From an uncultured Acidobacteriota bacterium (GTDB taxonomy: Bacteria; Acidobacteriota; Terriglobia; Acidiferrales; UBA7541), in contig CAWFEC010000002.1 in assembly GCA_963814735.1 (NCBI GenBank), positions 132,048-196,047 of the forward strand: a stretch of 64,000 nucleotides of DNA, read 5' to 3'. The notes beneath the pieces were generated by a model that worked only from the letters and a program-made list of their open reading frames with translations, was not told where the DNA came from and searched no databases. Below are positions 55,987 through 64,000 of the stretch, piece after piece (the stretch's first letter is position 1; each line of letters starts with the position of its first letter). Position numbers and translations under genes: made by a program.

Positions 55987-56889
55987 CTATTTCTTCGGCG
56001 TCACGCCAAAAGCATCCGATTGGAATTCAAGCGACGCCGGAAAATGCTGCGCGAAGTAGGTCCAGTCGTGCGCGCCGGGATAGAGGTGGAATTCGTGCGG
56101 GATGCGCCGCGAAACGAGCAGTTCATGAAACGCCTGCGCTCCCACGTTGAAGCCGTAGCTATCCTCCGTCCCGCAGTCGAAATAGATCTTCAGTCCAACG
56201 GGCCGCGGCCCGTTGCGCACGATCGTAAACGGATTCTCACGCTCCCAAAAGGCGCGGCCAAACGGCACTCCGAAAGCCGATCCCAGCAGGCGTGCCAGAA
56301 TATTCGAGTCACCGGCGGCCGCCATCTCGATGTTCGGCAGCCTGGCGATCAGCGCGGGGCTGTTCGCGCTCACGGCGGCAAACGTTTGCGGAAAAAGCAG
56401 TCCGAGCCGCAGCGCGCCGTAGCCTCCCATCGAAATTCCCGCAATGCCCCGCGAATGCCGCCCGGCGCGAATGCGGTAGAGGCTCTCGATGTACGGCAGG
56501 AATTCGCGCATCAGGAAATCCTGGTACCGCACTTTCCCGTCGCGCGAATTGATGAAAAATGTCCGGCCTCCCGCCGGCGCCGCAATCACAAACTCTCCCA
56601 TCTGCTTCTGGTCCCACAAATCCTGAATCAGGTCCCAGCCGCCTGAATTGAGCAGGGTCTGCTCGTTCTCGCCGATCCCGTGCAGGAAATAGAGAACGGG
56701 ATACCGCCGCGCTTTGTCAGCATCGTAGCTCGGCGGCAGCAGCACGCAGTAGGGAACCGCCCGGCGCAAAATTTTGCTCGGAACCGAATTGCACTCCGCG
56801 CGTCCCGCCGCATGCGCGGGGCCGGCAAAGAAAAGCCACGCGAGCGCGAACAGAAATCCAGCGAGCGCGAGCCCGCCGCGCCTATTCAT
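55987..56889 (-). CDS. secreted esterase (esterase D / putative esterase PF00756-like)
   Basis: Signal peptide, YPVLYFLHG, and the GISMGGYGAL nucleophile elbow. The ATG 56889 start overlaps the permease stop by 8 nt. Confidence 0.75.
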   Translation of the reverse strand: MNRRGGLALAGFLFALAWLFFAGPAHAAGRAECNSVPSKILRRAVPYCVLLPPSYDADKARRYPVLYFLHGIGENEQTLLNSGGWDLIQDLWDQKQMGEFVIAAPAGGRTFFINSRDGKVRYQDFLMREFLPYIESLYRIRAGRHSRGIAGISMGGYGALRLGLLFPQTFAAVSANSPALIARLPNIEMAAAGDSNILARLLGSAFGVPFGRAFWERENPFTIVRNGPRPVGLKIYFDCGTEDSYGFNVGAQAFHELLVSRRIPHEFHLYPGAHDWTYFAQHFPASLEFQSDAFGVTPKK

Positions 56890-58240
56890 ACCGCAGCGCC
56901 TCAACCGGATTCAGCTTCGCCGCGCGCGACGCCGGATAAATCCCCGCCGCCAGGCTCACCGCAACCGAAAACGCAATCGCCGCCGCCACCATCCACCACG
57001 GCACGGCGGCTATCGTGATCGCCGGCAATTGCTGCCGCGTCAAATAAATGTCGGTGCCAAAGTTCAGCGCCCGCCCGATCAGCCATCCGATTGCTACGCC
57101 CAGCACGCCGCCGAGCAGGCCCATGGCGGCCGCCTCGGCGAAGAAAAGCCTTTGCACGTCGCGGTCGGCCGCCCCCAAAGCTTTCAGCACGCCGATTTCG
57201 CGGCGGCGCTCGAGGATCGCCATCACCAGCGTATTGATGATCCCGAGCGAAGCCACCACAAGCGCCAGGCTCCCGAAAATCAAAAGCAGCAGGTCGAACA
57301 CGGTGAAAACCAGCCGCAGATTCCGCGTCGCATCCAGTAGCGAAAACGCGCTGAAGCCCATCTTCTTGATGGCATCTTCCGCGGCTTTCACGTCGACCGC
57401 GTCCTTCACGCGCACGGTCAGGTTGTCGTACGTTTTCTTCGTCGATGCCGTCGTGTCGCGGATCAGATCGCGCAAGTCGTTCGTCTGCGTGGCCTGCAGC
57501 TGTTCCGCAAGCTGCAGCGGGATCAACAGCCGTCCCCGCCCGAATGTCCCGAGCCCGGCCGACGGTTCCGTCGTCACGATGCCGACCACGCGCAGCTTCT
57601 CCTCATGCGGCACAATGGAAAATCCGCCCCCGCCCGAATCTCCGCCGCCGCCGGTTGCAGGCAGCGGCGTCCGTTCCGCATAGCGCAGCACGAGATCTTT
57701 TCCGAGCAACGAATACGGCTGGTCCGAAAGTTGCTTTGCCAGGTCGATCTGCAAAATCGCCTCGCTCGCGTCCGGCCCCGAAAAGAAATGTCCCTGCATC
57801 CCGTCAAACGACCCGCCGTCGCGATCCGATTCCGGTATTCCCGCCACGATCGTCGGATAGGGATTTCCGTTGTAGTGAATCTCGGTCGGAAAACGAATCT
57901 CCGGATACACCTCGATCACGTTGCGCAGCGCCCGAATCTCGCTCCGTGCGCTGTCGTCGAGCGGCACAATAGGCGTCGCCGCTGCGGCAGCCTCGGCGGG
58001 ATTCGCGCGTCTGGGCCCTCCGAAGCCGGTGAAATTCGTCCGCGGAGTCACGATGATGGCGTTGAATAGCCCGGAGTGCGAGAGGCTGTCGCTCGCCAGA
58101 TTCTGCAATCCCACTCCGAGCGAGAGCATCGCCACCAGCGACGCCACTCCGACCCCGATTCCAAGCGTCGTCAGCGAATTGCGAAAAATCGCCTCGCGCA
58201 GGTTGCGCGCGGCCAGATCCACCAGATCGCGTGTCTTCAC
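56882..58240 (-). CDS. ABC transporter permease (MacB/FtsX family)
   Basis: 452 aa. An N-terminal TM helix, a large periplasmic domain, and a C-terminal FtsX 3-TM bundle ([16 protein letters not shown]). Confidence 0.85.
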   Translation of the reverse strand: MKTRDLVDLAARNLREAIFRNSLTTLGIGVGVASLVAMLSLGVGLQNLASDSLSHSGLFNAIIVTPRTNFTGFGGPRRANPAEAAAAATPIVPLDDSARSEIRALRNVIEVYPEIRFPTEIHYNGNPYPTIVAGIPESDRDGGSFDGMQGHFFSGPDASEAILQIDLAKQLSDQPYSLLGKDLVLRYAERTPLPATGGGGDSGGGGFSIVPHEEKLRVVGIVTTEPSAGLGTFGRGRLLIPLQLAEQLQATQTNDLRDLIRDTTASTKKTYDNLTVRVKDAVDVKAAEDAIKKMGFSAFSLLDATRNLRLVFTVFDLLLLIFGSLALVVASLGIINTLVMAILERRREIGVLKALGAADRDVQRLFFAEAAAMGLLGGVLGVAIGWLIGRALNFGTDIYLTRQQLPAITIAAVPWWMVAAAIAFSVAVSLAAGIYPASRAAKLNPVEALRYE

Positions 58241-58995
58241 GCGCGCACTCCGTCGTTCGTGATTTTGCCGTCGCCCATCAGGATCATTCGATGCGCGAAG
58301 CGCTCGGCGCGCGGCTGCTCGTGCGTCACCATGACGATCGTCATGCCCAGCGTCTCGTTGATCTCGCGCAGCAGCAGCATGATCTCGTCTCCGGTCGCGC
58401 TGTCGAGATTCCCGGTCGGCTCGTCCGCGAGCAAAATCGTCGGCCGGTTCACCAGCGCGCGCGCCAACGCCGCCCGCTGCTGTTCGCCGCCCGAAAGCTC
58501 GGTGGGACGGTGCGTGAGCCGCGCGCTCAGCCGCACCCGATCGACCGCCTCTCGCACCCGCGCCGTCCGTTCGCCGCGCTCCACCTCGGCCAGCCGCAGC
58601 GGCAGCTCCACATTTTCCTCCAGTGTCATCCGCGGCAGCAGATTGAACGATTGAAAGACGATCCCGATCGTATGGCTGCGGTGCCGCGCCAGTTCGTCGG
58701 AACTCATCTCGGCGAGATTCCGCTCATGCGCGAAAATCGCCCCTGAAGTGGGCCGGTCGAGCCCAGCCATCAAATTCAGCAATGTCGATTTGCCCGAGCC
58801 GGAACTCCCCAGCAGCGCCACGAACTCGCCGGCGGCGACGCTCATCGTCACGTCATCGACGGCGCGCACCAGCGCGTCGCCCATGGGATAGTGCCGCACC
58901 AGATGCTCCGTGCGGATGGCAGCCTTGCCGTTCCGCTCGGCGGCTCCGGATGCGCCTTGCGAAGCGCTGATATTCGGCGAAGTCATGACCCTCAA
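58237..58995 (-). CDS. ABC transporter ATP-binding protein (MacB/LolD-like)
   Basis: Walker [10 protein letters not shown], signature LSGGEQQR and Walker B ILLADEPT. The stop overlaps the permease start (ATGA). Confidence 0.9.
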   Translation of the reverse strand: MRVMTSPNISASQGASGAAERNGKAAIRTEHLVRHYPMGDALVRAVDDVTMSVAAGEFVALLGSSGSGKSTLLNLMAGLDRPTSGAIFAHERNLAEMSSDELARHRSHTIGIVFQSFNLLPRMTLEENVELPLRLAEVERGERTARVREAVDRVRLSARLTHRPTELSGGEQQRAALARALVNRPTILLADEPTGNLDSATGDEIMLLLREINETLGMTIVMVTHEQPRAERFAHRMILMGDGKITNDGVRA

Positions 58996-59151
58996 TCTTA
59001 CTACGCGCGCGGCCTGCGCAATGTTGCTCCGAAAGCGCTTTCTATCCCTGAAGGGCTCACGCCCGATTCGGGTATAATCGCGCGTCTGGATTCACGAGGC
59101 CTCCGGCTCGCACTCCGGATCCTCCAACTCGATCGACGCACGCGGAGAACC

Positions 59152-60135
59152 ATGGCAATTTTGGTCACAGGTGGCGCAGGCTACATCGGGGGCGTGACCG
59201 CCGAACGCCTAAAAGCCAAGGGGGAGCCTATCGTCGTCCTGGACGATCTTTTCCGGGGCCACCGCGCCTCGGTCGATCCGGATGTGCCGTTTTATCAGGG
59301 CCGCGTGGGCGATCGCGCGCTCGTCACGCGCATCCTCAAGGAACACAAAATCGAGGAGTGCGTTCATTTCGCGGCGCTCGCCTATGTGGGCGAATCCGTC
59401 GGCCAGCCGGCGCGCTATTTCGAGAACAACGTCGAGCAGGGCATCGCGTTCCTGAACACGCTGATGGACGCGGGCGTCCGCCGCATCGTCTTTTCATCCA
59501 CGTGCGCCACCTATGGCGAAGTGGAGAAAGTCCCGATCGCCGAGACGACTCCGCAGTGGCCCGCAAATCCCTACGGCTGGTCGAAGCTCATGATGGAACG
59601 CATCCTCGCGTCCTACGATCACACCTATGGTTTCAGGTTCATCGCGCTTCGTTATTTCAACGCCGCGGGCGCCACGGAAGCTCGAGGCGAGCATCACGAA
59701 CCCGAATCGCATCTCGTCCCCAATGTGCTTGCGGCCGCGCTCGGCGAAAAAGCCGAGGTCACCGTTTTTGGCACGGACTATCCCACGCCCGATGGCACCG
59801 CGATTCGCGATTACGTCCACGTCATCGATCTAGCCGAAGCGCACATTTCCGCGCTCGAGTATCTGCGCCGGGGCGGCAAGTCCGATTTCATTAATCTCGG
59901 CACGGGCCAGGGCTATTCCGTTCTCGAAGTCATCGAAACGGCCCGCAAAGTCACGGGCCAGCCGATTCCCGTGCGCACCGCAGGCCGCCGCCCGGGCGAC
60001 CCTCCGAAACTCGTCGCCGACGCGGCGAAAGCCCAGAAGGTGTTGCGCTGGAAAGCCGTGCAATCCGACTTGCCGCGGATTCTCAAGTCTCAATGGGAAT
60101 GGCGCAAGAAGCACCCAAAGGGCTATTCGGACTAG
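59152..60135 (+). CDS. galE: UDP-glucose 4-epimerase
   Basis: MAILVTGGAGYIGG, the YGWSK catalytic motif, LRYFNAAGA and DGTAIRDYVHV. ATG 59152; the track start at 58891 is an over-extension. Confidence 0.9.
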   Translation: MAILVTGGAGYIGGVTAERLKAKGEPIVVLDDLFRGHRASVDPDVPFYQGRVGDRALVTRILKEHKIEECVHFAALAYVGESVGQPARYFENNVEQGIAFLNTLMDAGVRRIVFSSTCATYGEVEKVPIAETTPQWPANPYGWSKLMMERILASYDHTYGFRFIALRYFNAAGATEARGEHHEPESHLVPNVLAAALGEKAEVTVFGTDYPTPDGTAIRDYVHVIDLAEAHISALEYLRRGGKSDFINLGTGQGYSVLEVIETARKVTGQPIPVRTAGRRPGDPPKLVADAAKAQKVLRWKAVQSDLPRILKSQWEWRKKHPKGYSD

Positions 60136-60311
60136 CGGTCGAATCTATGCTGCGCGAGTTGTGGGCTTCGACGAATCCTCGCTTGTGTATAATGCGTATG
60201 GGTTTGGGACAACGATTAATTAGCGATACCAACGAAAAATTTAAGTCTTTTACCGACAAGACGGTGCCCGTGGTGTGAGTGAACGAACCCGGGCGTCTGC
60301 CTGCCAAGGAA

Positions 60312-61775
60312 ATGGCGGTTCCGATGCGACGACCATTCACCCAGCGATTCGCAGTTGTCCTCTTGCTGTTTTGCGTTACTCCAATCACTGTGTTTGCGCG
60401 GACGCTGGCCGGCACGGCGCCGCACGCCCTCGTAGCCCTGATCGCGCCGCAGATTCATGTCGACCGGCTTGCAGCCGTCGAGCAGGCCGTTGCGGAGGCA
60501 AAGGGCTCCGCCGACAACTCGTGGATGCTCACAAGTTCGGCCCTGGTGCTCTTCATGACAGGCCCCGGTCTCGCTCTCTTCTACGGTGGCTTGGTGCGCA
60601 AGAAGAACGTCCTCGGCACCATGATGCAGAGTTTCGCCATGATGGCCGTCATCACCGTGATCTGGGCGATTGTCGGCTACAGCCTGGCCTTCGGCCCAGG
60701 AAACAGTTTCATCGGCGGCTTCCATCACCTGTTCCTATGGGGCGTCAGTTCACAGCCGGACCCCTCCTATTCGGCCACCATCCCCGCCGAGACCTACATG
60801 ATCTTCCAGTTGATGTTCGCCATCATCACTCCGGCGCTTATCACCGGAGCTTTTGCCGAGCGCATGAAGTTCAGCGCGATGCTGCTGTTCCTCACGCTCT
60901 GGTCGTTGTTCGTCTACTGCCCGATGGCGCACATGGTTTGGGGCAAAGGCGGGCTGCTCAACGCCTCGCTCGGCGGCCGTTTCCCCACCCTCGACTTCGC
61001 GGGCGGCACCGTCGTCCACGTTACCTCGGGCGTCTCGGCGCTGGTTTGCGCGCTCTACCTCGGAAAGCGGCTCGGATATCCAAAGCAGTCGATGCCGCCG
61101 CATAGCGTTGTGATTAGTTTCATCGGCGCTTGCATGTTATGGGTCGGGTGGTTTGGTTTCAACGCGGGCAGCGCCCTATCGGCGGGGAGCTTGGCAACCA
61201 GCGCATTTGTCGCTACTCACTTCGGCGCCGCCGCCGCCGCGATTGGATGGACTGCGGCGGAATGGATGCGCCGCGGCAGGCCGAGCGCCCTCGGGGCGAT
61301 TTCAGGAGCGGTCGCCGGTCTCGTTGCCATCACTCCGGCCTCGGGATTCGTCGGCCCGATGTCCGCTCTGGCGATCGGGCTAATCGCCGGCGCCGTCTGC
61401 TTCTGGATGACGTCTTCGCTGAAGACGCGGTTCGGCTATGACGATTCGCTTGACGCTTTTGGCGTGCATGGAGCAGGAGGAACAGTCGGCGCATTGTTAA
61501 CCGGCATCTTTGCCTCGAGCGTCATCAATCCGATTTTCAAGGACGCGAACGGCAACGCTCTGCCTTCCGGCGCGATCCAGGGAAATTTTCACCAGGTCTT
61601 GAATCAATTGATCGGGGTCGCGATCGCCTGGGCTATCGCGATCGTGGGCACCCTGATCATCCTTAAAATCGTTGATCTGGTGATCGGCCTGCGTGTTTCC
61701 GAGGAAGAGGAATCGCAGGGTCTCGATCTCACTCAGCACGGCGAAGAAGGCTACTTTTGGGAGACATCCGCGTAG
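60312..61775 (+). CDS. amt: ammonium transporter
   Basis: Amt/MEP signatures (DFAGGTVVHVTSG, FGFNAGS, DDSLDAFGVHGAGG). The start may be ATG 60312, or GTG 60279 as in the track. Confidence 0.9.
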   Translation: MAVPMRRPFTQRFAVVLLLFCVTPITVFARTLAGTAPHALVALIAPQIHVDRLAAVEQAVAEAKGSADNSWMLTSSALVLFMTGPGLALFYGGLVRKKNVLGTMMQSFAMMAVITVIWAIVGYSLAFGPGNSFIGGFHHLFLWGVSSQPDPSYSATIPAETYMIFQLMFAIITPALITGAFAERMKFSAMLLFLTLWSLFVYCPMAHMVWGKGGLLNASLGGRFPTLDFAGGTVVHVTSGVSALVCALYLGKRLGYPKQSMPPHSVVISFIGACMLWVGWFGFNAGSALSAGSLATSAFVATHFGAAAAAIGWTAAEWMRRGRPSALGAISGAVAGLVAITPASGFVGPMSALAIGLIAGAVCFWMTSSLKTRFGYDDSLDAFGVHGAGGTVGALLTGIFASSVINPIFKDANGNALPSGAIQGNFHQVLNQLIGVAIAWAIAIVGTLIILKIVDLVIGLRVSEEEESQGLDLTQHGEEGYFWETSA

Positions 61776-61845
61776 CCAGCCGGTGGATTTAGGCGTAATC
61801 TCTTTCGGGTCGCTTTGGGCGTAAGGAAGGCTGAGGCGGAGAACG

Positions 61846-62184
61846 ATGACAAAAGTCGAAGCGATTATTCAGACGTCGAAACTCGATCCAGTGAAGGATG
61901 CACTTCACGAAATCGGCGTGGAAGGCATGACGGTCCTCGAGGCGCGCGGGCACGGACGTCAGAAGGGCCATACCGAGTTCTACCGCGGCCGAGAATATAC
62001 CGTCGATCTGATCCCTAAGATCAAGCTCGAGATGGTTCTGGCGGACGACATGGTCGAGAAGGCCGTCCAAGCCATTATCACGGCCGCCCGCACAGGAAAG
62101 ATCGGTGATGGTAAGATTTTTCTTTCCAAGGTGGACGATGCCATCCGCATTCGAAACGACGAGCGCGGCGAGACTGCGCTCTAA
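61846..62184 (+). CDS. glnK: nitrogen regulatory protein P-II
   Basis: 112 aa. MTKVEAII..., T-loop GRQKGHTEFYRGREY (Tyr51), and TGKIGDGKIF. Immediately downstream of amt. Confidence 0.95.
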   Translation: MTKVEAIIQTSKLDPVKDALHEIGVEGMTVLEARGHGRQKGHTEFYRGREYTVDLIPKIKLEMVLADDMVEKAVQAIITAARTGKIGDGKIFLSKVDDAIRIRNDERGETAL

Positions 62185-62272
62185 GGGGATGGCTGAGCCG
62201 CATGATCCAGGCAACCGGCAATGAGACCATCGCAGCGAGCCCGGCGCGCGATCAGGATTCGATTAGATACCG

Positions 62273-64000
62273 ATGTCTACAAAGCCCACTTTCGCAACCG
62301 AACTCCGCGACGAGTACGCGGCGGGTTCGGCGCGCCTGCAAAGAGAATTCGCCTCGAGCGGTGACGGCCGCGCCGCAGTCGAAGGCCGCACCGCCCTTGT
62401 AGAGTCCATCGCATCCCGTCTTTGGAAAGAACTCGTCTCGCCCGCCCCCGATGGCCCCCAGAACTTTGCGCTTCTCGCCCTTGGCGGTTTCGGGCGTCGC
62501 TGGCTTTTCCCCCACTCCGATATCGACATCCTTTTCCTCCATTCCGATAGCGGGACCGGCCGGGAACTCAAGGATCGCATCCGGAAATTTTCGCAGGAAA
62601 TGTGGGATATACGGCTCAAGTTGAGCCCCGCCACGCGCTCCCTGGCCGAATGCGAGAAATTCGACTCGAACAACGTCGAATTCGCGATCTCGCTCCTCGA
62701 TTGCCGCTATCTCGCCGGCGATCGCGCCCTCTTCACCCGCTTGCACGGCCAGGCGATTCCGAAACTCGTCTCGCGCGAATCGCGCTCCATCGTGCAACGC
62801 CTCACCGATCTCACGCACGCCCGCTACAATAAATTCGGCAACACCGTCTTTCATCTCGAGCCCAACGTCAAAGACGGCCCCGGCGGGCTGCGCGATTACA
62901 ACCTCGCGCACTGGCTCGCGCTCATCGCCGCGATCGAGGAAAAGTCCGGCTGGCCTGACGAAGCCGAGCTTCTGCCGGCCTGGCTTCGCCCGCGTTTCGA
63001 AACCGCCCTCCATTTTCTGATGTCCATCCGGTGTTTTCTGCATTTCCGCCATGGCCGCGACGACAACACGCTCGCCTGGGCCGCTCAGGATGAAGCCGCC
63101 GCTCGCACCATCGGCGTTCCGGACGCAGACTCGCTCACCGCTTCGGATTGGATGCGTATCTATTACGGCCACGCACGCCTGATCCACCGCGTCGCGGCGC
63201 AGCTCCTCGAGGAGTTTCCCGCCGCGCGCCCGTCGCTCTATCGCCAGTTTCAGAATTTGCGCTCGCGTCTCTCCAATGCCGAATTCGCCGTCGTGGACGG
63301 AAGAATTTTTCTCCAGCGTGAGGAGTCGCTCAAGGATCCCGAACTGCCGCTCCGCATGTTCCGCTTCATGGCTCGCCACGGCTTGAGCCTCAGCTCGGCC
63401 ACCGAGCATCAATTGGAGGAAATCCTGCCGTCGCTCGCCAAGGATCCGCCCAAGGGCGTGGCCGCGTGGCACTACCTGCAGGAAATCCTGCTGGCTCCGC
63501 ACGCCGCCGAGGCCCTGCGCGCCATGCATTCGCTGGGTCTGCTCGGTTTGCTCGTGCCGGAATTCAAGAGCATCGATTCGCTCGTGATTCGCGACTATTC
63601 GCACCGCTTCACCGTCGACGAACACACGTTCGTCGCCATCGAAAATCTCCACGATCTGCGAAAATCGCAGTCGAAATGGGACCAGCGCTACGCGGAGCTC
63701 CTCGACGAAGTCGAGCAGCCCGATCTGCTCTACCTTGCACTCCTGCTCCACGACACCGGTAAGGGTGCCGAATCAGATAGTCACGTTTCTGCGAGCGTCG
63801 AGTTCGCCAGAACCTGCCTGGAGCGCCTCGATCTCGATCCACCCGATCGCGAGACCGTTCTCTTCCTGATCGAGCGCCATCTCGAAATCAGCAACTTGCT
63901 CCGCCGCGATATTTTCGATCCCGGTACCGTCCGCCTGGCTGCCGAAAGGATGGGCACGCCCGAGCAGTTGAAGATGCTCTGCCTTCTCACCTACGCCGAT
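62273..64000 (+). CDS. glnD: [protein-PII] uridylyltransferase/uridylyl-removing enzyme, 5' portion (continues beyond the window)
   Basis: Not in the track because no stop falls within the window. ATG 62273 opens a frame running to position 64000. It reads MSTKPTFATELRDEY..., with the nucleotidyltransferase motif LALGGFGRRWLFPHSDIDILF and the HD domain HRFTVDEHTF...LLLHDTGKG. Confidence 0.85.
   Translation, partial: MSTKPTFATELRDEYAAGSARLQREFASSGDGRAAVEGRTALVESIASRLWKELVSPAPDGPQNFALLALGGFGRRWLFPHSDIDILFLHSDSGTGRELKDRIRKFSQEMWDIRLKLSPATRSLAECEKFDSNNVEFAISLLDCRYLAGDRALFTRLHGQAIPKLVSRESRSIVQRLTDLTHARYNKFGNTVFHLEPNVKDGPGGLRDYNLAHWLALIAAIEEKSGWPDEAELLPAWLRPRFETALHFLMSIRCFLHFRHGRDDNTLAWAAQDEAAARTIGVPDADSLTASDWMRIYYGHARLIHRVAAQLLEEFPAARPSLYRQFQNLRSRLSNAEFAVVDGRIFLQREESLKDPELPLRMFRFMARHGLSLSSATEHQLEEILPSLAKDPPKGVAAWHYLQEILLAPHAAEALRAMHSLGLLGLLVPEFKSIDSLVIRDYSHRFTVDEHTFVAIENLHDLRKSQSKWDQRYAELLDEVEQPDLLYLALLLHDTGKGAESDSHVSASVEFARTCLERLDLDPPDRETVLFLIERHLEISNLLRRDIFDPGTVRLAAERMGTPEQLKMLCLLTYAD

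Noticed and set aside
60188-60193. Perfect TATAAT hexamer about 120 nt upstream of amt as a -10 promoter element.
   Set aside because: No convincing -35 (TTCGAC-like at best) or extended -10 is present. Promoter consensus in this lineage is uncertain, and a single hexamer is expected by chance.
1-64000. Search for CRISPR arrays, transposases, integrases, prophage genes, rRNA genes and toxin-antitoxin pairs.
   Set aside because: None was found. The only regular repeats are the short intergenic families reported above, and no ORF shows DDE/tyrosine-recombinase or Cas signatures.

Overview
High-GC bacterial chromosomal window, densely coding, with no transposase, integrase, CRISPR array or rRNA. 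The gene content suggests a soil Acidobacteriota-like organism, which is inference only. In order the window holds: (1) a complete group-1 [NiFe] uptake hydrogenase operon, from the small-subunit 3' end through large subunit, cytochrome b and protease to hypCDEABF (3-9202). (2) An SGNH hydrolase remnant and a CE15-type esterase. (3) A minus-strand periplasmic block of a PQQ dehydrogenase followed by two ORFs separated only by one in-frame TGA. Read through, they give a Tat-signal protein with a U-x-x-C motif, a candidate new selenoprotein and the top finding. (4) A glgE-treS-mak-treZ alpha-glucan/trehalose cluster in which three adjacent genes carry about 7 frameshifts. (5) Two tandem secreted paralogues of unknown function. 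(6) An Alternative-Complex-III-like actA-B1-B2-C-D module followed by a fused monohaem cytochrome/beta-barrel protein (Cyc2-like architecture) and a cupredoxin-like protein. CRP/FNR-type palindromes sit in front of both units. (7) Lactate permease, tRNA-Arg(TCG) and an AT-richer region that is mostly noncoding. (8) A feruloyl-CoA synthase plus meta-cleavage (LigJ/LigK-like) aromatic cluster. (9) Sugar-nucleotide/EPS genes, a PilZ protein, Mrp/ApbC, FadB-like and MaoC genes, and an ABC exporter. (10) galE, amt-glnK and the 5' part of glnD. Two families of intergenic repeats are present. All calls rest on reading the translations and the DNA by eye; no searches were run.
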